From assembly GCA_963676315.1 (NCBI GenBank), contig OY781056.1:754779-818778 (forward strand): a DNA stretch of 64,000 nt, in the 5' to 3' direction. Every line of letters begins with the position of its first letter. Within the stretch, counting starts at the first letter, position 1. Of this stretch, positions 38,257 through 48,639 are shown in pieces. Position numbers and translations under genes: made by a program. The notes below the pieces were generated by a model. The model did not search any database. It was not told where the DNA came from and was given only the letters and a program-made list of their open reading frames with translations. This DNA is from an uncultured Fusibacter sp. (GTDB taxonomy: Bacteria; Bacillota; Clostridia; Peptostreptococcales; Acidaminobacteraceae).

Positions 38257-41200
38257 TTATCGGCTTAATACATTGTAAATCAATTGTGCGACTTCAGCTC
38301 TACTCGCTAAACTTTGTGGATTCAATTGACTGTGACTACCGTTTAAAACACCTGCTTGAACCAGTGTTAGTATGGCTTCTTCAGCCCATTTATCTACTTC
38401 TTTTGCATCGTTAAAGGCGTCTAATGAAATCGAATTTGTCGATGGTGGTAATTGTCCTAATACTTTTAATGAACTGTAAAGCATAGACGCCATTTCTTGT
38501 CTATTGATAGCTCTATCTGGCGCAAAGAGGTTTTTTCCTATCCCGTTAGTTATTCCGAGTGCTTTTGCAACTGCCAAGTAGCCAGTATAGTATTGATTAC
38601 CTGCATCTACAAAATTATCTGTTATACTCGCATCCGGTTTAATCCCATAGGCTTTTAAGATCATGGTTATAAACTCACCTCTTGTGACTTTATCCAAAGG
38701 TTTAAAAAGGAGTTTATCTTTACCTGTGGCAATTTCTCTTGAAGCTAAAAACGCAACGGCAGTTTGGTACCAATCATTTTCTTTGACATCGCTAAAAGTA
38801 ACTTTATGATAACCAACAGCATACATGGAAAAGTGATTTGTATCGAACTGAACAGTTCCAGAATTTTCATCATATCTACAATTTGAAACCAGTTCCACTG
38901 TACCATCAGGTTTCAAATAATAAATAACAATAGCGTTTAAATCTTCATCTTTTGAAGGCACATAAGGTAATTTTACGGTAATACTGCCACCAAATTCTGA
39001 AATCAACTTATCACCACTGGTCACACTGAATTGGTAAACTGGGCGATCGGCTATTTCTGTTTGTGCAGCACTTGATAAACTCGTGGGATCGACTTTTGCT
39101 GCAGCTATTTTCAGATTTCCATCTGAAACATTAGCTAACCCTTTGAGTGCTTGTGCATCAAAAGATAGGCTGGCGATTTGTGATTCAAAAGTCAAGCCCT
39201 TCACTGTACTATCAGCTAGCGCTTTCAAAGCTTTTATTGATAAATCAGCTTCTATAGACGTCGCACCTGCCATAGGATCTACCTTAATCACAAAATTTTG
39301 AACTTGATTTTGTTTTTCAACATAAGCTATTGATGCTTCGATTTGCTTGTCGGTGACAGTAGCCACAGCTTTACCCTTCTCATCGATTTTAACTGTTGGT
39401 ATAACCGTTTCAGAAACGCCATTTCCTGACCCTTGCGCAGGGGTTGTTGAACCCGTCGCAGGCGTCGGAGTTGGTGTCGGTGTTGGATCAGGTGTTTCAG
39501 GTGTTGTACCACCATTGTTAGGGGTGTTTGAAAGCCATTCTGCAAAAAGAACCACATCATCGGTCATATTTGAAGCGTTGATGGTTGCATCAACTGCATA
39601 GTGAGTACCTGTCCCATTTGCCTTTGTATTCCACCCATTAAAGGTATACCCTGGTTTAACCAGATTTCCAGTGTTTCCTTGTATGGTTGCACTGCTTGAA
39701 GATTGCAGCATCACTTCTGTTGGTGCAAAACCTTTGATTGCACCATTATGATGGTATTTTAACATATAATCATATGTTTGCTGTGTGAAATTCGTCCAAG
39801 GATCTGCATCAAATCCCGTCGCACCAGTTTTATGGTATATAATTAAATCATTTTGTGTGCCTTCAAGAAAATTACCCGCTGCATCTTCCAAAGTTGGCGC
39901 ATTTCCCTCAAAAATCAAAGTGCTAAGACTGTTGCAATTGCTAAAATTATCTTTAACAATACTTGTGACTGATTTAGGAATTCTAATACGGTCGATGACT
40001 GCATTATTACCAATCGCTAAAGATTCCAGTGTCGTCAATGAATCGGGTAAATAGAGTGAGACCAATTTGGAAGCTTCGTTAAGAAAATACTCACTTAACA
40101 CGGTATAACCTTCATCAATGGAAACACTAGTAACATCTTCGTTATAATAGAAAAGAGCATCGTAAAGGTCTAAAGCTTTAGTTCCGTTAACAACTGATGG
40201 GATAACCACATCATTATTGGTACCATAATACCAAGTTACTGACCATCTCCCGTCAACATTGCATGCGCCGAAATCTGAGTTATCAGGTTCGAAATAAGCA
40301 GATACAACCGTATTTCCACCCGGCATCATAAATGAATAATCATATTCAGAATCACGATTCGTAATAGCCGTATCTACACCATTATGACTATAATAGACTG
40401 ATTTTTCTGAAACTCTATAACCTGCATCTGGCATGATAGTGATACGAATACGTTCATCCTGGATGGCATTATTTACTGAAACGTCATTTGACTTAATGAT
40501 GATTGTCCCATGACTGATGGATGGACTTGCAGACAGACTATAAACTGGTAACCACATCGCATGGAGCGTTACATTTGAGTTACCTATAGTGATGACATCG
40601 CCAGGTCTGTATGAAATACCTTTTCCATCTTCAGATGTATTCCATACCACAAGCCTATAACCCGGATTGATCAGATAGCTACCCTCAGGTACGATCCGCT
40701 TACTGCCAATCGTACCTGAAATTAAACCCGGAACTGCACCCATGCCTGAAGTGTTACTGAAATCAACTTCATGAACTTCAGTTGGGTCATAAGTTTCATG
40801 TAAAATGCCCTCAAAGCCCGTGGCACCTATTGTAACATATATTTTAATTTCAGGACTTGAGCCATTAAACGCTTGAGCCGATTGTGACGGTGCATTACCT
40901 AAAAAATAGATTGTTCTTAACCTTTGACAATTTTCAAATGCACTATATCCAAATTCTGTAACACTTGCTGGAATCGTCAAACTTTGTAATACACTGCATC
41001 CCAAAAACGCCTCTTTACCAATGTATTCAAGCCCTTCAGGAAGTGTCACATCTTGAAGATTCGTGCTGTATCTAAAGGCATACTTCTCTATACGCTTTAC
41101 CGTATTTGGAATCGAAAGCGTTCTGAATGAATTATTATTAAAAGCCCCTTCACGGATGACAGATATACCACTCGGGAGTATTAGATCATTGAGCCTATTC

Positions 41201-41853
41201 GCGTTAAATGCATATCTGCCTATATACTGTAGTCCAGAAGGCAAGTCCACAGACTTAAATTCACATGATGCAAATGCAAAGTCATCAATGAGAGTCACGG
41301 TGTCAGGTATGACAATACTAGAAAGATAAAGTTGATCAAACGCTCTTTGCCCAATACTCGTAACGACTTGACCATTTATCGTATTTGGAATAACGACATC
41401 GGAATTGATGCCTATATATCCAACTACACTGCCATTACAGAAGAGGAAATCACCTTCCTCGACGTACTCTAAAACATTGATGTATAGGGTGTTGCTTATA
41501 TCATTATTTTGTTGCACCAATCCGCCAGCCGGTATGGTGACTTGAATCGTTCCGGATAATGGGCGCTTATCGATATACATAACAAATTCAGTATCGCTTA
41601 CACGATCTACAGAAGAGATGTCATCAGGTGTAAGTCCTGTGGTTCCAAAATCGATCTGATAAGCGATAGAGGAAGTAAATGTATCGTTTTCTACCTCTAT
41701 ATTGATGCTCTGAAAGTCTTGTGCTGTAGTGAGTTGAGAAGTTGTATATATCAGTGCCGAGCTATCGGCAAAACCTGGTTGTATACCTGTATTCATTCCA
41801 ATTAGTAAAGTTATAATCATGAACCAAGCTATCCATTTCTTCTTATCTTTCAT
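38257..41853 (-). CDS. Cell-surface protein: signal peptide, BspA-like LRR_5 repeats, InlB B-repeat-like units, PT linker, three SLH domains
   Basis: VIPDTVTLIDDFAF-type repeats, KPGYTFNGWNT, PTPTPTP and FSDVKENDWY...TRGEF SLH motifs. Start reassigned to ATG 41853 (track: 41940). Confidence 0.9.
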   Translation of the reverse strand: MKDKKKWIAWFMIITLLIGMNTGIQPGFADSSALIYTTSQLTTAQDFQSINIEVENDTFTSSIAYQIDFGTTGLTPDDISSVDRVSDTEFVMYIDKRPLSGTIQVTIPAGGLVQQNNDISNTLYINVLEYVEEGDFLFCNGSVVGYIGINSDVVIPNTINGQVVTSIGQRAFDQLYLSSIVIPDTVTLIDDFAFASCEFKSVDLPSGLQYIGRYAFNANRLNDLILPSGISVIREGAFNNNSFRTLSIPNTVKRIEKYAFRYSTNLQDVTLPEGLEYIGKEAFLGCSVLQSLTIPASVTEFGYSAFENCQRLRTIYFLGNAPSQSAQAFNGSSPEIKIYVTIGATGFEGILHETYDPTEVHEVDFSNTSGMGAVPGLISGTIGSKRIVPEGSYLINPGYRLVVWNTSEDGKGISYRPGDVITIGNSNVTLHAMWLPVYSLSASPSISHGTIIIKSNDVSVNNAIQDERIRITIMPDAGYRVSEKSVYYSHNGVDTAITNRDSEYDYSFMMPGGNTVVSAYFEPDNSDFGACNVDGRWSVTWYYGTNNDVVIPSVVNGTKALDLYDALFYYNEDVTSVSIDEGYTVLSEYFLNEASKLVSLYLPDSLTTLESLAIGNNAVIDRIRIPKSVTSIVKDNFSNCNSLSTLIFEGNAPTLEDAAGNFLEGTQNDLIIYHKTGATGFDADPWTNFTQQTYDYMLKYHHNGAIKGFAPTEVMLQSSSSATIQGNTGNLVKPGYTFNGWNTKANGTGTHYAVDATINASNMTDDVVLFAEWLSNTPNNGGTTPETPDPTPTPTPTPATGSTTPAQGSGNGVSETVIPTVKIDEKGKAVATVTDKQIEASIAYVEKQNQVQNFVIKVDPMAGATSIEADLSIKALKALADSTVKGLTFESQIASLSFDAQALKGLANVSDGNLKIAAAKVDPTSLSSAAQTEIADRPVYQFSVTSGDKLISEFGGSITVKLPYVPSKDEDLNAIVIYYLKPDGTVELVSNCRYDENSGTVQFDTNHFSMYAVGYHKVTFSDVKENDWYQTAVAFLASREIATGKDKLLFKPLDKVTRGEFITMILKAYGIKPDASITDNFVDAGNQYYTGYLAVAKALGITNGIGKNLFAPDRAINRQEMASMLYSSLKVLGQLPPSTNSISLDAFNDAKEVDKWAEEAILTLVQAGVLNGSHSQLNPQSLASRAEVAQLIYNVLSR

Positions 41854-41882
41854 ATAGTGCCACCCTTCTTTCTCTTTAATCG

Positions 41883-42113
41883 TTATTTCTGTGCCATTAG
41901 AAAAATCTCGCTGACAGAGATTTCTACCTGATTTTGCCATCTGATAAAGTGTCCATCTGTGGTAACTTGATTAAAAAAATTCGGATCAGACAGCACACTA
42001 AATCTAACGGTATTGATTTTTTGTTTCATGTTGAGTACCACGTGATTTCCATTGTCAAATGTAATATGAAGCTGGAAATCCTCTAACGTTTCTACCTTTT
42101 CAATTTGAGTCAT
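41883..42113 (-). CDS. DUF2442-like small protein
   Basis: IEKVETLEDFQLHITFDNG...RFSVLSDPNFFNQV..DG..IRW pattern; start reassigned to ATG 42113. Confidence 0.7.
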   Translation of the reverse strand: MTQIEKVETLEDFQLHITFDNGNHVVLNMKQKINTVRFSVLSDPNFFNQVTTDGHFIRWQNQVEISVSEIFLMAQK

Positions 42114-42138
42114 CACAACCCCCCATTCATTTTCAGAT

Positions 42139-42204
42139 AAAAAAAGAACCACCATATGAAGTATATAGCGGTTCTTAACTGATTTGTATCACCCAACGGG
42201 TGAT
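42139..42204 (-). promoter_or_regulatory. Overlapping terminator / activator-dependent promoter
   Basis: Palindrome ATCACCC-AAC-GGGTGAT (42188-42204), TATACT -10 (42160-42165) and a terminator hairpin with T-run (42139-42176). Confidence 0.55.
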
Positions 42205-42206
42205 TT

Positions 42207-44705
42207 TTACGATTCTGATAGCGCTTTTTTCAATAAAGCCCTGGAATTTATCTCTAACTTTTCAAAAATTGCTTTAAGTTGTGTTTTAATTGTGTTTTGA
42301 GAAATATACAATTTTTCACTGATTTCTTTATTGGTTAAACCTTCTGCTGCCAACACAGCAATTTCATATTCACGTTTAGATAATTTAGGTTTTTCTGAAT
42401 CAAAATATAAACGATTGATGTCTTTGACAGTCTTACTAAAAACATCGTAATACAAAAAAATGCGTTCTATTTCCGTCTGATAAAGGCCTTCATTAGCACA
42501 TTTTATTAACAAAGAGTTGATTATATCTCCATTTTCTACAAAAGGCATGATCAATTGATCGGGCATGGCTAATGATAAAGCGTCTTTTATATGCTGTAAA
42601 GCTTCATTTAATCTACCGATTTTTTCAAATGCAGCTGCTTGGTAAATCTCAATATAGATTATTGCTAACACATTCGGAAAGAAAGTGGCTATGTTCATAT
42701 GCGCTTCAATGCTGCCAAGCAACTTGAGATACTCGCCTTGAAGTATCAAGGCTCTTTCATAAACCATGTTAATCAAACCATGTGCAGGAAACATCAACCT
42801 CGTTTTCGTAAGGTCTCCATCAGAAAGACGCTCTGATATCATATCTGTATGACCCAACAAACCGTAAATATAGCCCTCACAAAGTTCTAGCATATGCACA
42901 AAAAAATTGTCCGAACGATATTGTACATTTTTTTTCATATTGGAAAACCGAAGTTTAAGTGCTATAAAGTCCCCTTTCATCAAAGAAAGCCTTAACTGTA
43001 AAAATTCAGCACACATAACCATTTCTATTTCAGATTTATTTTGTGCTTTGAGTAATGCTTTTTGAACCGATATTTCAGCACTATCAAAATCACCCATATA
43101 AAAGAATCTTTCAGCTTCAAAAAGAAGCTCTCCACCACTTCCATGTCCTTCTGTTAAGCGATTGTAATAGGGCATCGCTTCGATTAAGTCATTTACATGT
43201 TGCTCTAACTTACCTGATTCTCTGTAGAACATATATAGGACAGAAAAAGAACCAAATGTCCACCTGCTGTTGGTATCATAAATCGAAGTTGGTTTCATGA
43301 GCATGTCACATGCCACTTTGTGATGTGTTACCATTCGCTGAATATCATTGTATTCTGTAAAACTAATCATCAGTTCAAACTCTCCAAGTAGCTCACTTTT
43401 TCTTGATTCGCTTAAGGTGGTATTCATCTGTATACTCTGTAAGATATCTTCGCAGCATTTTTCAAAGTTTGCAAGTAAGTTAAATGTAAATAAATGCATC
43501 GCATAAATAAGCAACGCCAATGGATATTTAAACTTGATCGCCGTAGGGCAGGATTCCATATATTCAACCAAAAGGTTTTTATTATCACCATTAAAACTGT
43601 TACTTTTATCAGCTTCTATCGTTTGAATTAGCAATTCAAAATTTCTACACAAGTAAAAGAAATGCATCGCTTTATCATATTCACGCTTTTCTAGATGCCA
43701 TAAACCAGCCCTTTCATAAAGTCGATTAGCGTCATCATGGCTTTCCAATTGATTTTTTAGAAAATTTGTAAAAAGATGATGCATTTGATAAGTTCTCGTC
43801 TCAGGATCATAGGTTATAAAGGCATTTTTGTATACAACTTCGTTTAACACCATCAATAGGTTGATCTCAATGTGTACATCAAACATAAATCTTGCCTGCT
43901 CCAATGAAAAACTGCTGAAAAGACATATCGATAAAAGGAAAGACTTCACTTCATCTGAAAAGTGTTTATAAATTGCTTCATCAATAAGTTTATAGATATT
44001 TGGTATTTTCCCTATACTTTCTACACCCTTGAAGTTAAGCATCAGGAGATATATCGCACTAATCCAGCCCTCAGTATATTTATAGAGTGCATCTGCACCA
44101 CTTTCAGTGAGTTTAATACCGCATAACTTATAATATTGCGCAATTTCAAAACTCGTAAACTCTAAATCCTCTTTCACAATATGTTTGATATAACCCTTAA
44201 GTTTGAGTTCTTCAATATCTGGAAGTCCAATAAATCGCGTTACAATAACGATCCTTAGTCGTTCGATTTCAGCTTTAATTAAGCATTCAATAAAAGTATT
44301 AACTTCATCGCAATCAATTAGATGAAAATCGTCGATGATTAGTACTGAGCACTCCGTAAATAAAACGCTTTCAATTAAACTCACTGCATCGTGAACCATG
44401 AGTCTTTCATCTGGAAATGACATATTTTCAAGTCTTGTAGCAACTGATTCATCAATTTTATGTATCCAATTACATAAACTCTTCCAAAATAAAGATTTTG
44501 ATGCTTCTGTTATTTTAAGGGTTGTGATATTTAAGCTTAAATTTTTCAACCCTTCTTTTACAGCAGTCGTTTTCCCATAACCCATTGGTGCTTCAATAAT
44601 TGTAAGCGGAAATTCTTGAAAGTTTGAAAGCTCATTTTTCAACCGATTGGAAAGATAAATCTGTCTAGATTTATCTTTCATTTTATCATGGGTAGCCTCT
44701 TGCAT
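42207..44705 (-). CDS. MalT-like large LuxR-family regulator
   Basis: N-terminal Walker A EAPMGYGKTT, LIIDDFH, YTEGW, C-terminal LSKREYEIAVLAAEGLTNKEIS HTH. Confidence 0.92.
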   Translation of the reverse strand: MQEATHDKMKDKSRQIYLSNRLKNELSNFQEFPLTIIEAPMGYGKTTAVKEGLKNLSLNITTLKITEASKSLFWKSLCNWIHKIDESVATRLENMSFPDERLMVHDAVSLIESVLFTECSVLIIDDFHLIDCDEVNTFIECLIKAEIERLRIVIVTRFIGLPDIEELKLKGYIKHIVKEDLEFTSFEIAQYYKLCGIKLTESGADALYKYTEGWISAIYLLMLNFKGVESIGKIPNIYKLIDEAIYKHFSDEVKSFLLSICLFSSFSLEQARFMFDVHIEINLLMVLNEVVYKNAFITYDPETRTYQMHHLFTNFLKNQLESHDDANRLYERAGLWHLEKREYDKAMHFFYLCRNFELLIQTIEADKSNSFNGDNKNLLVEYMESCPTAIKFKYPLALLIYAMHLFTFNLLANFEKCCEDILQSIQMNTTLSESRKSELLGEFELMISFTEYNDIQRMVTHHKVACDMLMKPTSIYDTNSRWTFGSFSVLYMFYRESGKLEQHVNDLIEAMPYYNRLTEGHGSGGELLFEAERFFYMGDFDSAEISVQKALLKAQNKSEIEMVMCAEFLQLRLSLMKGDFIALKLRFSNMKKNVQYRSDNFFVHMLELCEGYIYGLLGHTDMISERLSDGDLTKTRLMFPAHGLINMVYERALILQGEYLKLLGSIEAHMNIATFFPNVLAIIYIEIYQAAAFEKIGRLNEALQHIKDALSLAMPDQLIMPFVENGDIINSLLIKCANEGLYQTEIERIFLYYDVFSKTVKDINRLYFDSEKPKLSKREYEIAVLAAEGLTNKEISEKLYISQNTIKTQLKAIFEKLEINSRALLKKALSES

Positions 44706-44736
44706 CGACTTCTCCTTTGACTACAAATTTAACATC

Positions 44737-45285
44737 TTAAACTTTCAAATTGACTTTAGCAAAATGTAATAAATCATAATAATTTCCTTCAATCAATGAT
44801 TCATTCTTTTCTCGTCCCACTAATTGATAGCCATTTTTTTCTAATATTTTGACAGAACCAACATTTATTTCAACTACATTGGCTTTAATTTTACGAAGTT
44901 TAAGCGAATCAAATGCAAACTCAGTAACCAAAGCTACACTTTCAGAGCCATATCCTTTCCCCCAAAAATCTCTATGAAAAACATATCCAATTTCAGCCAA
45001 TTCTGAAACTTCATCAAAATTGAAAAGCATAACAGTTCCTATGATCAAATGATTTGATTTCAAAACAACAGACGCATATAAATGTGTACCTGCCAGTTCA
45101 CGGTTTATCATCAAATCGACATGATTAAAAGTTTCATCTATGCTATGCATTAAATTCCAGCCTATAAACCGTTTCACTTCTTTATCTGATGCATAATGAT
45201 GTATTTCTTGTACATCATCTAAACTCAATGCTTTAAAATAAACATTTTCACCTTCTAACACATGAAATAGATCTGAATTCATCAT
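44737..45285 (-). CDS. GNAT acetyltransferase (RimJ/RimL-like)
   Basis: AEIGYVFHRDFWGKGYGSE and NVGSVKILEKNGY; start reassigned behind the AAGGAG RBS (track: 45414). Confidence 0.9.
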   Translation of the reverse strand: MMNSDLFHVLEGENVYFKALSLDDVQEIHHYASDKEVKRFIGWNLMHSIDETFNHVDLMINRELAGTHLYASVVLKSNHLIIGTVMLFNFDEVSELAEIGYVFHRDFWGKGYGSESVALVTEFAFDSLKLRKIKANVVEINVGSVKILEKNGYQLVGREKNESLIEGNYYDLLHFAKVNLKV

Positions 45286-45560
45286 TTCTCCTTCTAAACT
45301 ATTATTACAATGCAAACCGTTATGTCTATTCGACAAAAGTTTCAATTTTCCTTTAATAAAGATTAATATTTTGAAGGTTACTACTAAAATGAAATCTATA
45401 TATTTTTTCGCCACAGTCTTTATTAAATCTATATTAATCTTATTATATAAAATTAAGATGTAAATTAATCCTCTCCATTGATTTAAAGTTTTGATTAGCT
45501 TTAGATAATTGGGTTCTGTCTACTGCAGCCTTCCAATCTGATTGCAAGTTTATCAGTTTA

Positions 45561-45638
45561 ATTGCTTAATTTATTTGCTTAATTTATTTGCTTAATTTAT
45601 TTGCTTAATTTAATTGCTCAATTTGAATGTTCAATTTG
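45561..45638. repeat. 13-bp tandem repeat (4 near-exact + 2 degenerate copies)
   Basis: (A/T)TTGCTTAATTTA x4, then ATTGCTCAATTTG and AATGTTCAATTTG. Confidence 0.9.
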
Positions 45639-45698
45639 ATTCTTTGACCTTTTCATAGCTTTCTTCTCTATATTTTTCTCTGATTAAGAGATTTAGTA

Positions 45699-45733
45699 TA
45701 AAAAAATAGAACCCTCTTATAAAAGGTTCTATT
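45699..45733 (-). terminator. Intrinsic terminator after the DUF1398-like gene
   Basis: AATAGAACC...GGTTCTATT stem plus T-run on the minus strand. Confidence 0.7.
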
Positions 45734-45780
45734 ATTCAACAATAACTATCTACTTTTTATCTCTCTTGAAATCACAAGGA

Positions 45781-46173
45781 TTATACACTTGGAATATTTT
45801 CAATAATAACGACTTGTTCCATTCTGTCAAAATAAGAGCAGGTCATTGCATCTAAATCAGATACCCATTTATAAATACCTGCCTTGGCTACTTCATTACA
45901 AAAAGAATAGAAATCAGACTCACCTCTTTGATTTCTCTGTAGTGCAATAATTGCTTCCTCATACTTTCCTGCCTCACGTGTATCAAATTTCATTTTAATA
46001 CCAGTACTTACAAGGGTATCACCTGAACGGCTGACATACGTTACTTTACCTGTTTCCAAATCAAAGATATTAGTAATCATATCCATCGATTTAAACGCCT
46101 TGATCAATTTTGGAAAATCCGGACCCGTATACAGTTTATGTGCTTCTTGAATTGAAACAAGTGAAAATTCCAT
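45781..46173 (-). CDS. DUF1398-like protein
   Basis: TGPDFPKLIKAFKSM...GESDFYSFCNEVAKAGIYKWVSDLDAMTCSY; start reassigned behind the AAAGGAG RBS. Confidence 0.75.
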   Translation of the reverse strand: MEFSLVSIQEAHKLYTGPDFPKLIKAFKSMDMITNIFDLETGKVTYVSRSGDTLVSTGIKMKFDTREAGKYEEAIIALQRNQRGESDFYSFCNEVAKAGIYKWVSDLDAMTCSYFDRMEQVVIIENIPSV

Positions 46174-46389
46174 GATTTTATCTCCTTTATTATTAAATTG
46201 ATGGACTTTTTCCTCAATAGGAACAATAATTTCTTTCAAAGTAAACTCAGACAAATTACAACTACTTAATTAAATAGTTTAAATATTGCAAAATGAATTA
46301 TTGATTTACCATTAATGCTGAACTTCAAAAAAAGCAGCCAGTGAAAATTGGTTTTTTTATACTTATCTAGACGAACATCGACTTATCAA

Positions 46390-47850
46390 TTAATTACCCT
46401 TATAAAGTGAAACCATTACATTTATTAACAAGAAAACAACTATTATAGGCATTAAGCTTAAAAACATGTTCAAAGATATAAGTAATGAAGCAATCAAAGT
46501 CTGTGCATGAGCTATAAATAAAAATATAACACAACTCACGGTTAACATACTTAAAATTACGTTTATGAAAATAGCGATTGTGAGGAAAATTATTGTTCCT
46601 ATGAATAAAAGCATGATATTACGTCTATCTGTACAGCCTACGATCCACAAACGATACATTTCGTTTTTTCGTTTTCTAAATACTTACTCACTAAAACCGC
46701 ATATGTTAAAAAAGATATAATTTGAGTCAATCGATTGATGATATTGGTTGATATATGAATGCCCTTCATTAAATATTGACTGGTTGTATACTTTCCAATT
46801 ATCGCTGTTCCACCAAAATAATGTGACTGTATGTAACTTCCCATATCCAGTAAATCACGATAATCTCTTATGTTGACAATCGCTGTATTCAATTGCTTGG
46901 CATCGTATATGATTTGTTCGATGTCAGGATGTTTCTCTAGTTGTTTGATGCTGACTATTACTTGCTCTTCTGTATATAGATGTTCCTGCAGCGTATCTTC
47001 AAACTGCCATCTTATTGTTCTATTCGTTTCAACATCTGCTTGTACTTCTTCCTCTGTAATATTTAAAATACATGCCGATATCATTTGCGTGGAAAAAAAG
47101 ATAAAAAGCCCGATTGAGAAAATCGTTATAAAATGTCGACTTGAGTTTTTACTCCCCCTCATGCTCATCCAAAGATAATACCCCATTTTTATCATTCCAC
47201 CACTTCGACAATGGCATCTAAAGGTTGGCTGGCGTTGATTCTCTTAAGGTTCATAAGACATGAAATTATCGGTAATAGTGTTAGCATGACAAAAGTACAA
47301 ATTACATCTCGACTTTCGAAAATCAATTTTAAATCTCTAAAAAAAGTGACCCATTATCAATTATGAATTTCTGTCCTATGCCCAAAAAATTAAACTGAAT
47401 ATCATCGTTGCGAGGTAAGTACAGATTCCCCATACAGCTATTTCCATCAATATTATAAAATTGATATTCTTATCTTCATATCCCAATGCCTTCAAAATCC
47501 CTATTTCATTTGTCTAAGTACTATGATTCGCTTTACAAGTGCCTTTTATAATAAAAATCCTAGAAAAAATAGTATCAAACTTATAAACGTTACCAGTTGC
47601 ATAAATGGTTCTATCATTCTTAGCCCAGAGCCTGGTCGTGAACGCATATGCATCATAGCGCTATAATTTTTTAATAAAACTGTATGTCAGCAATCGTTTC
47701 ATTTGCTTGTTTTTCATCATCCACCATAAGTGAATAGACGACATAAAGTTGTTCATTCATATCATTTGAGACAGTTCCACCATGTCGATGGCTTTTTGAT
47801 AATCAATTATACCTGTACAGGATAATTGATGTGCCTTTAAATTATCATAA
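46390..47850 (-). pseudogene. Degraded FtsX/MacB-like ABC permease remnants
   Basis: Broken hydrophobic frames; NEIGILKALGY permease motif near 47475-47510 with stops and frameshifts nearby. Confidence 0.55.
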
Positions 47851-48639
47851 ACAACGATCACAGTGAATGTATCTATGTACTTATTTTTCTTTACCAATTT
47901 GTTATCTATCTCTTTATACGAAAAATAGCTTACTTGTATTGTTTTACCAATTTTAATCCACCTATCCTCTACAAGTCATTCAACACTTGACTCTCATATG
48001 ATACAACCACTGACCCTTAAACAACTCATTGGGTATCCTTATTGCATGGTTGAATCTGCTGGTTAAGACCATATCCGGGTGTCTATCCATGCATCCAAAC
48101 ACAATCACACCGACCAGTCCCTTTTCGGTGTGATGACCATCTATAATATTGAATTAATCCACCTACTTGTTTAGTGAAAAGGACTTAAGATTTAAACTTC
48201 TTTAGATGGTATTGCTATCAGCATTTAAATCTCAAGCGATAAAAACTATTTAAAATCAAGGCTTTAAACTCAAAACGATTCTGCTCCAATGCATTGAGTT
48301 GCGCCTCAATCCAATGTCACTCAGCAGTCAAGCGGATCTTTAAGGCATCCACTACTGGTTCCTATCCCTTAAAGCTCATCTGACCTGAAACTCATAGGCA
48401 GTCAACGGATGGATATACAGTACCTATTAATGGTTATGAGACTCAAAAAGTACCCTGAAGGCTTCGTTAATACAACCTTATTTGTACCCAAAATTCTCCA
48501 TAACAATTCTACTAATCATATAAGTATTCCTCCCCACAATGCTTGCACTCGTATCATTATAGAACTTTAGTAGCGGTTATTTTGCAACAATCCTTCTTCG
48601 CTTATACTACTATTCGTCCTTAGAATTACTCAACTAGAC

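Noticed and set aside
45561-45638. CRISPR array or replication origin
   Set aside because: The units are directly adjacent with no spacers, there are no cas genes, and I saw no DnaA-box cluster or rep gene.
47600-47660. ABC ATPase H-loop (HDQALG) reading
   Set aside because: Another frame gives a continuous hydrophobic permease segment leading into EIGILKALG; the match is probably chance.
48300-48480. Riboswitch or structured ncRNA
   Set aside because: I could not match conserved aptamer motifs; the segment reads better as decayed coding sequence.
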